Positions 8,245-18,197 of a DNA stretch of 64,000 nt are shown in pieces. The DNA is taken from assembly GCA_028713675.1 (NCBI GenBank), contig JAQTNV010000016.1, positions 54-64,053 on the forward strand, given 5' to 3'. The first letter of the stretch is position 1, and the number at the start of each line of letters is the position of its first letter. Position numbers and translations under genes: made by a program. The notes below the pieces were generated by a model, which did no database searches, was not told where the DNA came from, and saw only the letters and a list, made by a program, of their open reading frames with translations. This DNA comes from a bacterium. GTDB lineage: Bacteria > Desulfobacterota > JAPLJL01.

Positions 8245-10146
8245 TTACCAGACAGGAAACCCTAGCGAAAAAACCACCAGGCAATATTCGTGAAGAACGG
8301 GGAGGACGAATTTGATTCTCTCCCCTTCCTCACTGTAGTTAAGCACACCCCCCGCCCCTCCCGGTTCCATCCACTCCAGTCCATACGAGCCGGACGGAGG
8401 CAGCCGGAGGGAAATGTTTATCCCTTCCTGCGGGACAAATCCAGACCCCTGGGAGTAGTTATAGTTGATCAGGTGGAGAAAGATTCGATCACTCGACCAG
8501 CCGGCTACGATCCCGATTTCCCGGGGAGCATCGGTCACGATCAAAGGATCGGAAACGGCGGCGGTAACCTGGTTCACGAACTCAGCTCGGGCGTCGGGAA
8601 ATTTGCTGTCCTTGCGATCCCGGAGCGACAGGTCCTTCATTTCCACAACCTTCCCGCCCTGGCTCCGGTAGTCGTTAATCACCCCGGTTTCCGCTTCGGA
8701 AAAGGAAAGGGGCGACGGCAAGATCACCGTCTTGAATTTTTCCAGCCCTAAAAGCGACAGGCCCCGTCCCGGGACGAAATCCTCATCCCCGACATAAACC
8801 ACCTCGAAAGGTATGTGCTCCTCTTCCAGGATCTCGGCGGCAGAAAGAAAAGCGAGATGAGAGGCTTCGGCGATCGACCAGGGGGTGGCATAGCCATAGT
8901 CGAAAAATTCATTCAAAACAGTGCGCTGATGATAGACCAGGCCGACTTCGGCGAGCAGTTCCGTCCCGAGGACCAGGTCCTGGTTTTCCTGAAAGAACTT
9001 GGTATAGGGCCTGATAATCTCCGGGGGAGCGGTCAGCCCGCCGGAAACCGTTTCCTGCCCTCCTCCGAAAACGTAGGCCTGATAAGGAATCAGCATTCCC
9101 TCCCCCGCGCTGGCGGCTTCCGCCATCCAATGCGTGAAGATATTCCAATCCATACTGTTTTCCTGGAAATCCAGCAGGACTCGGATATCCGGAAAGATAA
9201 AAGCCGGTTTTTTCGGATCCATCGCCCGGGCCAGGAGGTGCACCCCCAGGTGCTTCCCCAGGGGATTTAATTCGAGAGGATACTCATAGACCAGGAAATC
9301 CAGGTCAGGGATAAAAACCTGGCGGTGAGCGCTTAAAAGCACGGTATTAGCGGTGAAAGGAACCTGGCGTCCGGCATAATTGTTGGCGTGGCCGACAAGT
9401 CCTTTCAGCTGCTTTTGGCGGGCTTTTAACTGGAATCGGACAAATTCCCGGCGAAGATCAGGATTGGGGTCATCTTCCAGTTTCGACGCCCCCTTATCCT
9501 GGAGATAACTTTTATAATTAAATTCATCAAGCTGACCGATCCCCAGGCGAAAATTGATTTCAGGCGGCGAAAAATTGTCTTTCAGATACTGCCGGAAACC
9601 ATCCATACAGCTCGGGCAAAACCCGGCCAGGTAAAGATGCCCCGCGATCCCCTCCACTTCGTCGATGTCAATCGCGTCAGCTTCCCCGTGGAGATGTTCT
9701 TCCACCCGCGCGTTGAGAAAATCATTCCATTTGGAATTGTTATTGCAGGGAAGATAGGGGGAATCGGGAAAAATCCACAAAGCATAGGCCTTGGACCCGG
9801 CAAAAGTCTCGCAGGCGGTTTCGCTCAGCAGCTCGGGGTCATCGATAACACCGGGACTCCCCTGCATGGTGGCGAAGTTCGAGGCCACGATGATTCCCTT
9901 CCGATGGAGTTCCCGGACATATTGATGTTCTTCCGCGTTGAATCCCCCGTGATAGACCGACCAGGCCAGCCCAGTGCCTCCCACTGCTTCGATATATTCC
10001 AATGGCGGACGGCCGTAAATGAAAAAATTCATCCCGTTCAGCCAATCCCGGCCGGGATGGTATGATTTTCCGCCCGGGCAGGAATAAAACAGGAGAGAAG
10101 AACCGGCAATTAAGCAGCCTGCAATCAATTTATTCAGATTTTCCAC
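8245..10146 (-). CDS. Putative lipoprotein with a glycoside-hydrolase-like barrel and a class-I GATase-like trimerisation domain
   Basis: N-terminal hydrophobic stretch ending in LLFYSC; DAIDIDE, FCPSCMDGFRQYL, HIPFEVVY...FKTVILP, IFLHLINYNY resemble GH42-like architecture. Confidence 0.55.
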   Translation of the reverse strand: MENLNKLIAGCLIAGSSLLFYSCPGGKSYHPGRDWLNGMNFFIYGRPPLEYIEAVGGTGLAWSVYHGGFNAEEHQYVRELHRKGIIVASNFATMQGSPGVIDDPELLSETACETFAGSKAYALWIFPDSPYLPCNNNSKWNDFLNARVEEHLHGEADAIDIDEVEGIAGHLYLAGFCPSCMDGFRQYLKDNFSPPEINFRLGIGQLDEFNYKSYLQDKGASKLEDDPNPDLRREFVRFQLKARQKQLKGLVGHANNYAGRQVPFTANTVLLSAHRQVFIPDLDFLVYEYPLELNPLGKHLGVHLLARAMDPKKPAFIFPDIRVLLDFQENSMDWNIFTHWMAEAASAGEGMLIPYQAYVFGGGQETVSGGLTAPPEIIRPYTKFFQENQDLVLGTELLAEVGLVYHQRTVLNEFFDYGYATPWSIAEASHLAFLSAAEILEEEHIPFEVVYVGDEDFVPGRGLSLLGLEKFKTVILPSPLSFSEAETGVINDYRSQGGKVVEMKDLSLRDRKDSKFPDARAEFVNQVTAAVSDPLIVTDAPREIGIVAGWSSDRIFLHLINYNYSQGSGFVPQEGINISLRLPPSGSYGLEWMEPGGAGGVLNYSEEGERIKFVLPVLHEYCLVVFSLGFPVW

Positions 10147-10245
10147 AGGATATATCTCTTCTGCCCCAAATGATGCTTTTATTTATTGAAAAGGCATTAT
10201 AATTATAAAGATTTGTAAATTAATTTAATATCAAGGAGAGAAACC

Positions 10246-10800
10246 ATGAAGATCCATTTCTTCCAGCAATTTCCGGGAATCGAGCCGGACAAACTCAATG
10301 AAATCTGGTCGGACCCGGAAGTAATCGTCCGGATCGTCAAGGCCCTCCCCAATATCCAGGAGAGGGAGATCCTCGAGGAAAAACAGGACGAGAAGTTTCT
10401 CCGCCGGAAAGTCCGTTACCTGGCCAAGGGCCCGATTCCGGCCTTTGCCGAAAAAGTCCTGAGACCCGACATGTTATCCTGGGTCGAGGAAACTGTTTTT
10501 GACAAGAAAAACATGGTCTATCAGGTAAAATGCGTTCCGCATTTTTTCGCCGACCGGGTTGAAAACGAACTTACCATCCGGCTTCTTCCCGATGGAAAAG
10601 GCGGAACCCTGAGGGTTATCGAAGGCGTACTCAATTTGAAAGTCCCCTTCGTGGTCCGGGGCATGGCGGAGCATCTGGTCAACCGGTACCTGCAGGACAA
10701 TACCGAAAAGGAATATCAGGTCCTGAAATTCGAGGTGGAAAATTACCTGAGCAAGAAAGCCTCGGCCCGGAAAAAAACCAAGGAAAGCCGGAAAGCCTGA
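10246..10800 (+). CDS. DUF2505-like (START/SRPBCC-fold) protein
   Basis: AGGAG RBS; IPAFAEKVLRPDMLSWVEETVFD...G.TLRVIEG.L.LKVPFV pattern. Confidence 0.7.
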   Translation: MKIHFFQQFPGIEPDKLNEIWSDPEVIVRIVKALPNIQEREILEEKQDEKFLRRKVRYLAKGPIPAFAEKVLRPDMLSWVEETVFDKKNMVYQVKCVPHFFADRVENELTIRLLPDGKGGTLRVIEGVLNLKVPFVVRGMAEHLVNRYLQDNTEKEYQVLKFEVENYLSKKASARKKTKESRKA

Positions 10801-10844
10801 AGACCTCCTTCAATTGACAGAACACAATTGCTAGTGGAAAAACA

Positions 10845-11912
10845 TTGATAAAAACAGCACGCATAATTATTCTTTCCGCTTTTTTATTCCTGCCTTTTAT
10901 CTTCTCTTCGGCATATTCCGCGGAGATCCCGGCTTCCCCCGCCGTTTACTGGGCCCAGACCCAGGATGGCTGGGAGCTGGCGATTCACCGGTATCAACCA
11001 GAACCCCCGCGGGAAAACAGCGTACCGGTGGTCATGTTTAACGGCCTGGGGGCCAATCGGTACAACTTCGAAAGCGATGACCGGCACAGCATGGCCCGCT
11101 TTCTGGCCCGCCACGGGCTGGATGTCTGGATCGGTGAATGCCGCGGGATGGGCTTGTCCCGCCGTTCCGACGGGAAAAACCCCGATTATCTCTGGTCTTT
11201 CGAAGATTTCATCCTCACCGATATTCCCGCGATCCTGGAAAAGGTGAAGACTGAAACCCATGCCCGGCAGCTGGATTGGGTCGGCCACAGCATGGGGGGA
11301 ATGGAACTTTACGCCTACCTGGAGAGAGGCGACGCCAGCTTGATCCGCCGGGGAGTGGCAATCGCTTCCCCGGTATCGTTTCGCGTTCCCAATGACATCC
11401 TGGCTTCACAGGGAAAATTGTCCTTCTTTTTGAAAATTATCGACCGGATCCCGGTCAAGCAGCTAATCAAGGTTTTTCTTCTCTTCCATATGGAGTTCGG
11501 CTCCACCTTCAGTATCATCCAGTTCAACCAGGACAACATGGACCGTGATTTTATCCGTCAGCTCGCCCCTAAAGCTGTCGAAAACCTGCCTGCCAGGCTC
11601 CTCCTGCAGTTTTCCGACGCCATCAAGGAGGATAACTTTTCCGCTCACACCGATAAATACGATTACTCCGCTAATTTATCCCGGATAAAAAATCCGGTCC
11701 TGCTCGTGGCGGGGTCGCTCGACAACCTGGTCTCGCCCGCCGGAGTTCTGGAAGTCTATAACGGGATTTCTTCTCCGCGGAAGGAAATGGTGGTGGCGGG
11801 ACGGGGCAACGGCTTTCACCGGGATTACGGGCACATCGATCTTCTGCTCGGGGAAAACGCGCGCGAGGAAATCTTTCCCCTGGTCCTGGATTGGCTAGTA
11901 AAGCAGCCCTGA
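10845..11912 (+). CDS. Secreted alpha/beta hydrolase (lipase/PHA-synthase-like)
   Basis: Signal peptide; GHSMGG nucleophile elbow; GSLD acid; YGHIDLL His. TTG start. Confidence 0.88.
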   Translation: MIKTARIIILSAFLFLPFIFSSAYSAEIPASPAVYWAQTQDGWELAIHRYQPEPPRENSVPVVMFNGLGANRYNFESDDRHSMARFLARHGLDVWIGECRGMGLSRRSDGKNPDYLWSFEDFILTDIPAILEKVKTETHARQLDWVGHSMGGMELYAYLERGDASLIRRGVAIASPVSFRVPNDILASQGKLSFFLKIIDRIPVKQLIKVFLLFHMEFGSTFSIIQFNQDNMDRDFIRQLAPKAVENLPARLLLQFSDAIKEDNFSAHTDKYDYSANLSRIKNPVLLVAGSLDNLVSPAGVLEVYNGISSPRKEMVVAGRGNGFHRDYGHIDLLLGENAREEIFPLVLDWLVKQP

Positions 11913-12109
11913 CTTCGCCCGGCAAAGCAGGCGGATTGCTCCGCCTTGTTAAGGGCTACGTCGGGCTCGCAGAGCTCGTAAGCAGTAGCCGGAAACCGGA
12001 TACCGGTTAATTCAAACAAAATAAAAAGCTAAGTTCTTGATTTTTCTTCTTCTGACCGGTTACCTGCCCGTTTTTTGACTTTCACTCGTCAATCGTCAAT
12101 CTAAAATCG

Positions 12110-13264
12110 TCAATCTTTGAGTACATCCCTCGCGATGATCATCCGCTGGATCTCGCTGGTCCCTTCCACGATCCGGAACATCCGGGCATCCCGGTAAAGG
12201 TGCTCGATCGGCGCCTCTTTTATGTATCCGGTCCCGCCGTGGATCTGCAGAGACCGGTCGGTAACCCGGCAGAGCATCTCGCTGGCGAAAACCTTGGTCA
12301 TCGAGCACAGGGCATCCACCTTCTGGCCGGCGTCAAAACACGAGGCGGCGTCGATAAGCATGCACTTCGATGCGTAGATATCGGTGGCGCTGTCGGCCAG
12401 CATCCACTGAATCGCCTGGTTCTCGGCGATCGGCTTCCCGAACTGGACGCGGATCTTGGCGTAATCCCGCGCCAGCTTGAGTGCCCGCTCGGCAAACCCG
12501 ATCATCGAGGCCGAAAGGGTGAGCCGTCCCTCATTCAGGCATTTCATCGCCGTCCGGAAACCCTGCCCCACCATCTTGGGCCCCCCGATGATATTTCCTT
12601 CCGGTACCCGGCAATTTTCGAAGATAACCTCGGCCGGCTTGCTTCCGACGTTTCCCATCGCCTTGAATATCTTCCCGATGGTCAGGCCGGGGGTGCCCTT
12701 TTCCACGATAAAAGCCGTGATCCCTCCCCGGGCACGCTTCTCCTTATCGGTTAAGGCCAGGACGGTGAAAACCGAGGCCCGGGGGGCGTTGGTGATGAAA
12801 TACTTGGTCCCGTTGATCACCCAGTCATTCCCATTTTTCACCGCGGTGGTGGAAATGGCCGCGGCATCGCTTCCGGCCCCCGGCTCGGTCAGGGCGAAAC
12901 TGGCCATTTTTTCACCCGAGGCCAGGGAAGGAAGGTATTTTTTCTTCTGCTCCTCGGTTCCATCAAAAAGGATACCCTTGCAGCCGATCCCGTTATTGGT
13001 CGTGATCTGGGCGCGGACCGCGGCGTTGGTTTTGGAGAGTTCCATCAGGATCAGGCAGTAATCCAGGATTGAAAGGCCAAGGCCTCCGTATTCGGTCGGG
13101 GTGGTAACCCCGAAAAGCCCCAGCTGGCAAAGGCCTTTATAAATGTTTTCAGGGATCTCGCCTTTTTCCTCGATCTCCATTTCGACCGGGTAACATTCCT
13201 TTTCAACGAACTTGCGGACGGTTTCCAGAAACTGTTTCAGCTCGGCAGATGGCTCAAAAAACAT
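12110..13264 (-). CDS. Acyl-CoA dehydrogenase
   Basis: ASFALTEPGAGSDA, INGTKYFITNA, RVQFGKPIAENQAIQ, QIHGGTGY, RIVEGTSEIQR. Confidence 0.96.
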   Translation of the reverse strand: MFFEPSAELKQFLETVRKFVEKECYPVEMEIEEKGEIPENIYKGLCQLGLFGVTTPTEYGGLGLSILDYCLILMELSKTNAAVRAQITTNNGIGCKGILFDGTEEQKKKYLPSLASGEKMASFALTEPGAGSDAAAISTTAVKNGNDWVINGTKYFITNAPRASVFTVLALTDKEKRARGGITAFIVEKGTPGLTIGKIFKAMGNVGSKPAEVIFENCRVPEGNIIGGPKMVGQGFRTAMKCLNEGRLTLSASMIGFAERALKLARDYAKIRVQFGKPIAENQAIQWMLADSATDIYASKCMLIDAASCFDAGQKVDALCSMTKVFASEMLCRVTDRSLQIHGGTGYIKEAPIEHLYRDARMFRIVEGTSEIQRMIIARDVLKD

Positions 13265-13285
13265 GATTCCCCCCTTTTAAAATTT

Positions 13286-13446
13286 CGATTCTAGTTTCGA
13301 GTTTCTAGTTTGACGTTAAACCATTTTTTTCCGATTATTTCAACTAGAAACCAGAAAACCCAAACTCAAAACTTATTATATTTTCTGTTCTCTGGTCACT
13401 GGTTTTGATTTTTAACTCGAAACTAGAGACTGAAAACTCGAAACTG
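13286..13446. repeat. Inverted heptamer arrays (TTTCGAG... followed by ...AAACTAG/AAACTCG)
   Basis: ctagtttcgagtttctagttt, then aactagaaaccagaaaacccaaactcaaaact, then taactcgaaactagagactgaaaactcgaaact. Confidence 0.85.
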
Positions 13447-13448
13447 TT

Positions 13449-14072
13449 TTAAAACCCCATTTCCTTCCCGATCACGATTACCTCGATCTGGGACCGCATG
13501 GGAGCCCTGGTCAGGATCACCAGGGCCCGGCAGATCCGGGTAGGAAGGTCGCAATCCTTGCAGACCCCGGCCTTCACGCAGGGATTGGGCAGATTCAAGC
13601 TCTTGGCCCGCAGGGGCCCGGCCACCTCCCGGATCCGGCGGATCGCCGCTTTCCGGTCGGCCACGATTTTATTGATTCCGACCACCACCATGACTTTTTG
13701 CGGGCCAAAGATCAAAGCCGCCACCCGGTTGCCAACCCCGTCCATATTCACGATTTCACCCTCGCGGGTGATCGCATTGGCGCTGGTGAGAAACAGGTCG
13801 CAGGTCAGCTGGGCCTTCCGGATAACCTGGTCCTCCGCCGGGCTCAGCCCCTCCTGCCAGTGATCGTAAAGTTTTCCGGCTTTTTTCCGGATTTCCGGGA
13901 TCACGCCGAGATCACGAATGGTCTGGGAACCACCCACCCCGACCCCGCTCCCCGGCTCAACCCGGGAAAGCAGGTAGGAACCGGCCTCTTCGGGGGTGGG
14001 GAAAAAAACGGCCTGGTAGCCATTTTTCCGTAGGATTTTCAGAAAGGATTCGATTTCCGAAGGCAAAGCCAT
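13449..14072 (-). CDS. LUD-domain (LutC/YkgG-like) lactate utilisation protein
   Basis: GVGGSQTI, CDLFLTSANAITREGEIVNMDGVGNRVAALIFGP, VGINKIV. Confidence 0.88.
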   Translation of the reverse strand: MALPSEIESFLKILRKNGYQAVFFPTPEEAGSYLLSRVEPGSGVGVGGSQTIRDLGVIPEIRKKAGKLYDHWQEGLSPAEDQVIRKAQLTCDLFLTSANAITREGEIVNMDGVGNRVAALIFGPQKVMVVVGINKIVADRKAAIRRIREVAGPLRAKSLNLPNPCVKAGVCKDCDLPTRICRALVILTRAPMRSQIEVIVIGKEMGF

Positions 14073-14138
14073 AGTATGTTTGCCTGAATCCGTAAAGGAT
14101 GAGGGAGAATTTCTCTTTTGATCCGTGGGACTAGGGGA

Positions 14139-14627
14139 TTAATGAAAAATATTATTCAGCTTCTTTTCAATGGTGTCTTCTTCGGACTTGGTGGCGATGG
14201 AGAGTTCCCGGATGAGGAGGGAGCGCGCCGTGCCCAGCATCCGCTTTTCCCCAAAAGAAAGGTCCTTCTTGCGGCGCAGATGCTCGAGATCGCGGAGAAC
14301 CTCGGCGATTTCAAAGGCGGAACCGGTCTTCAGTTTTTCGTTATATTCCTTCTGACGGCGATTCCAGGAAAGATCCAGGCGGATATTGACTTTGCGGTCC
14401 TTTAAAATCTGGAAAATGCGGGAAGCCTCGTTCTGGTTGACCACCTCCCGGAGACCGATCTGCACCGCCGAGTCAGTCGGGACGAGCAAAACCATCCCGT
14501 TATCAAGAATCCGGAGGACATAAAACGTGCTCTCGTTGCTGGTCGAGATCCGTCTGGTTTCGATGGCTTCGATAACCCCCACGCCGTGATAAGGATACAC
14601 CGCCAAATCACCGATCTTAAAATTCAT
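14139..14627 (-). CDS. carD: CarD family transcriptional regulator
   Basis: FKIGDLAVYPYHGVGVIE, WNRRQKEYNEKLKTGSAFEIAEVLRDL, LSFGEKRML. Confidence 0.93.
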   Translation of the reverse strand: MNFKIGDLAVYPYHGVGVIEAIETRRISTSNESTFYVLRILDNGMVLLVPTDSAVQIGLREVVNQNEASRIFQILKDRKVNIRLDLSWNRRQKEYNEKLKTGSAFEIAEVLRDLEHLRRKKDLSFGEKRMLGTARSLLIRELSIATKSEEDTIEKKLNNIFH

Positions 14628-15074
14628 TGGGAGCCCTCCATTTACTAAAGTTAATGATATTCTACTATAGTAATTGTGTTTCTGTCAATTATTCTCCACG
14701 GAAAATATATAAAAGTTAGTGTCAACTATCCTTAAATCAATCTTATAAAATCAATTGTTTGGGAAGAAGTAAAAGGAAAAACATCCCCTTTATCCCCGGG
14801 ATAATCCCTTGGGTCAAGGGATGAAAACCGTTCAGCCTTTCCAGGTTGGTCTGTTTCCCCTCTCCCGGAAAGACCGGTTTTAGCAATAAATCTGTCACCT
14901 TCTAAAGCTGCCTCAAAATGCTGTTTTGTATTATAACCTTATTTCTTGATTTCGTCTACCAACCCATTCTTGACCTTGGCCAAGGCCTTCATCCCCACGG
15001 GAAACAACTCCATGGCCGGCCCCTTTTTTTAAAAAATTAAATACGAAACGTGTTTATACTTATAACACAGCGTG

Positions 15075-16280
15075 TCATGAATTGCAAATAAAGAATTCGG
15101 CAAATTCCTTGACAATGTAATCTAAATCCCGTGTTTCCAGGCCCGCATATAAAGGCAGATTAACAGTGGTCTGGGAGCAGAGAAAAGCGTTCGGACAGGA
15201 ACCGGTTCTGTATTGCCGAAAGGCCGGAATTTCCGGGACGGAATATTCGATCAGCCAGCCGAGCTGGATCCCCTTCCGGTACATGGCCTCGATGGTTTCG
15301 ATCCGGTCCGGAACGCGGACCACGTAGTGGGAATACGTGGCTCCATCCATCAACGGCGGAAGAGCGACTTTATCCCTGATCGGCTGCAGATGCCGGTCGT
15401 AATACCCGGCCATTTCCTCTTTCCGCCTGAGAATTTCCGGGTATTTTTTCAGCTGTTCGATCCCGACCCTGGCCTCGAGATCCACCATCCGCTCGAGATA
15501 ATCCCCGGGCATGGTAATTTTGTTTTCATCATAATCAGAGGTGAAATAATCAAGCCAGGAGGTTTTTTCCTCCAGGAAATCCACCAGCCGGTAAAGCGGA
15601 TCGTTCAAGGTCATGAAGGCCAGGGATAAATATACCAATCTGGTCCATCTTTTCCGAAATCCCCCGGGGGAAAAGCGGGAGTCCCGGTACTCCTGAAGTG
15701 ATCGGTAAATGCCTTCGTCGTTGGTGGTTACCATCCCCCCAAGAATCGAGGTGATCATCTTGTTGATGCCCAGGCCGAAGATGGCCGCGGCCCCTTCGTT
15801 CGCGACCGGTTTTCCCCCGGAAGCTGCGCCAAAAGAATGGGCGCAGTCCTGGAAAACCAGGATTTCCCTTCCGGTCCGTTTGACCATTTCCGACAGGCGC
15901 CGCGTGTTGCCGGGGTAACCGAAAAGACTGGTGGAAATGATCACCCTGGTCTTATCGGTGATGGCGTTTTCCAGCAAATCCAGGTCCAGGTTATAGTCAG
16001 CCAGTGATATATCAACGAAGCGGGGAATATTGCCCGAGGACACCACCGCGTTGGGAACCACCACGCAGGTATAGGCGGGCATGATAACTTCCGCTCCCTC
16101 GATTGCCAGGGCTTTCAACAGGGCATACAGCCCGCTCCTCCCATAGGGGAAAGCCAGGGCGTGTTTGGCCTGCAGGGCGCGGGCGAATTTCAGTTCGAAT
16201 TCTTCGACCGCCGGGCGGCCCCAGGCCCAGGCGGCGCGGAACTCATCCCAGCCGAGATAAGGTCTAAAACGGGGGATCAT
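15075..16280 (-). CDS. DegT/DnrJ/EryC1/StrS family PLP-dependent aminotransferase
   Basis: VIMPAYTCVVVPNAV, QDCAHSFG, FGLGINKMITSILGG (PLP Lys), VNLPLY. Confidence 0.88.
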   Translation of the reverse strand: MIPRFRPYLGWDEFRAAWAWGRPAVEEFELKFARALQAKHALAFPYGRSGLYALLKALAIEGAEVIMPAYTCVVVPNAVVSSGNIPRFVDISLADYNLDLDLLENAITDKTRVIISTSLFGYPGNTRRLSEMVKRTGREILVFQDCAHSFGAASGGKPVANEGAAAIFGLGINKMITSILGGMVTTNDEGIYRSLQEYRDSRFSPGGFRKRWTRLVYLSLAFMTLNDPLYRLVDFLEEKTSWLDYFTSDYDENKITMPGDYLERMVDLEARVGIEQLKKYPEILRRKEEMAGYYDRHLQPIRDKVALPPLMDGATYSHYVVRVPDRIETIEAMYRKGIQLGWLIEYSVPEIPAFRQYRTGSCPNAFLCSQTTVNLPLYAGLETRDLDYIVKEFAEFFICNS

Positions 16281-16396
16281 TTTACTAACATTGACGATTG
16301 GGGAGCGCCGACTAACACCCTCGCTCCCAAAATAATTCTGACTATCACGAAAACTCGCAAAGCTAAATCAAAGAAATAATTTGAGGCGGGAGATTT

Positions 16397-17116
16397 TCAA
16401 GCCTTGGGAAAATGGCCTCTCAGCATCGAAATAATGAAGCGATCCAGGCTCAGATCGCTCTTAGTGGGGCTGTACGGGGTATAGTTGATAATCCGCACCA
16501 TCCCGTGATCCGGCATTCCCTCCCTGGGAATGTAAACAATCAGGTTGAGGGCGGCGGGATCCTGGTCAATCCGGGCCAGTCCTTCCATCTGCATCGGCAG
16601 GCCGAAAAGATCCGCCAGGATTACCCGGTTTACCCCGCCGTGCGCCGCCACCAGGACCGGGCCTTCCTTCCCCTCGGTGGACACCAGTCGCTTCCAGGCT
16701 TTCAGCACCCTTCCCTCGAACTCCGAAAGGCTCTCTCCCCCGGGGAATTTCCCCTGCAGGGAAAACTGGGCCCGGAAATCCGCGGGGGACTGAGCGTCCC
16801 GGGCCGCGGGAAAATACCGGTCGATCGCCTCGGAAACCGTGATCCCCTCGAGCTGTCCCACCGAAAACTCCCGGAGCTCGGGGTCGGTTTTGACCTTCAT
16901 CCCCCGGCCCTCGACCACGATTTCGGCGGTGTGGAGGGAACGCTGCAAATCGCTGGCATAAACCGCCGAGAATTCCGTGTCGCGGAAAAAATCCCGGAGG
17001 GCCTGGGCCTGCAGGATCCCTTTTTCGGTCAGATCAGCCCCGGTGTAATTGCGGATGATGCCTTCCTCATCCAGCGTCCGGGCTTGGCCATGACGGACCA
17101 GAAAAAATGATCGCAT
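16397..17116 (-). CDS. Histidine phosphatase family protein (CobC/PGM-like)
   Basis: LVRHG, YASDLQRS, LREFSVG, AHGGVNR. Confidence 0.9.
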   Translation of the reverse strand: MRSFFLVRHGQARTLDEEGIIRNYTGADLTEKGILQAQALRDFFRDTEFSAVYASDLQRSLHTAEIVVEGRGMKVKTDPELREFSVGQLEGITVSEAIDRYFPAARDAQSPADFRAQFSLQGKFPGGESLSEFEGRVLKAWKRLVSTEGKEGPVLVAAHGGVNRVILADLFGLPMQMEGLARIDQDPAALNLIVYIPREGMPDHGMVRIINYTPYSPTKSDLSLDRFIISMLRGHFPKA

Positions 17117-17125
17117 GATTCAAAA

Positions 17126-17240
17126 TTGTCAGTTATCAGTTTTTAGTTATTAACTGTCATCTATCAGCTTCCAACCAAATAACGGACTTTGAAGTTTGAA
17201 CTTTAAACCTTGAACCTTGAACTTTGAACGCTGAACTTTG
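17126..17240. repeat. Heptamer arrays (TTATCAG; CTTTGAA/CCTTGAA)
   Basis: gtcagttatcagtttttagttat; ctttgaagtttgaactttaaaccttgaaccttgaactttgaacgctgaactttg. Confidence 0.85.
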
Positions 17241-17243
17241 TTT

Positions 17244-18032
17244 TTATATGTTCCTGAAATCCGGGTCCCGTCTCTGCATGAAAGCCATCGCCCCCTCGGT
17301 GAATTCCCCGTTTCGCACCGCGTTAATCTGGGCCTTGGTCTCCATTTCCAGGACTTCCATCATGTTCCCGTTCAGGCCCCGGTAAATGGCCGCCTTGGTG
17401 GCCGCCATCGCCCGCCGTGGGCCCCGCTCCAGTTTCTTGGCCAGCTCGTTCACCACCCGGTCCAGGTCGGCCACCGGGACCACCCGGGTGGCCAGACCGA
17501 TCTCCTCGGCTTTTTTCCCTTCGACAAAATCGCCGGTGAAAACCAGCTCGAAAGCCTTGCGCAGGCCCACCAGTCGGGGCAGGATGAAGGCGCCTCCCCC
17601 ATCGGTAGCGAGCCCGACCTTGACGAAGATCTCACTGAAGCGGGCCCGCTCCGAAGCGATGACCAGGTCCCCGGCCAGGGCCAGGTTGCAGCCGAAACCC
17701 ACCGCCGGTCCGTCCACCTTGGTGATCACCGGTTTGGGCATAGTGACCATCCAGGTGATGATCCTCTGGGCCGCCCGCGTGGTCAGTTCCATCATCCTCT
17801 CCACCGGCTCATCACCTTCCATGCCCTCCTTCAGGTCGGCCCCGGCCGAGAATGACCCGGGAACTCCGCTGAGAATCACGACCCGGGCTTCCTCGTCCTC
17901 TGCCGCCATGCCCATCTCCCTGGCCAGCATAAGCAGGGTCTGATATCGGACGGCGTTCTTGCGCTCCGGCCGGTTGATGGTAATAGTCGTAATCCCTTCA
18001 TTCTTTTCCGCAAATACTTCCAGCTTTTCCAT
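17244..18032 (-). CDS. Enoyl-CoA hydratase/isomerase family protein
   Basis: FSAGADLKE, KPVITKVDGPAVGFGCNLALAGDLVIAS, GLATDGG. Confidence 0.93.
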   Translation of the reverse strand: MEKLEVFAEKNEGITTITINRPERKNAVRYQTLLMLAREMGMAAEDEEARVVILSGVPGSFSAGADLKEGMEGDEPVERMMELTTRAAQRIITWMVTMPKPVITKVDGPAVGFGCNLALAGDLVIASERARFSEIFVKVGLATDGGGAFILPRLVGLRKAFELVFTGDFVEGKKAEEIGLATRVVPVADLDRVVNELAKKLERGPRRAMAATKAAIYRGLNGNMMEVLEMETKAQINAVRNGEFTEGAMAFMQRRDPDFRNI

Positions 18033-18084
18033 GAGCTCCTCCTTGGATAGGTGACTATTAATTATTCAATTCCAGAATCTATTT

Positions 18085-18149
18085 GTAGTTGCCTCATTTA
18101 TGAGGCTTCCAAAGTTTTACTTTCTTAGCCCGATGAATCGGGCAACTAC
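18085..18149. repeat. Inverted GTAGTTGCC REP pair (REPIN-like)
   Basis: gtagttgcctcatttatgaggc at 18085-18106 and gcccgatgaatcgggcaactac at 18128-18149. Confidence 0.8.
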
Positions 18150-18197
18150 ATTAAATATTGAGCAACCTTGGAAAACCCCGCCCCTGCCTTATTATTC

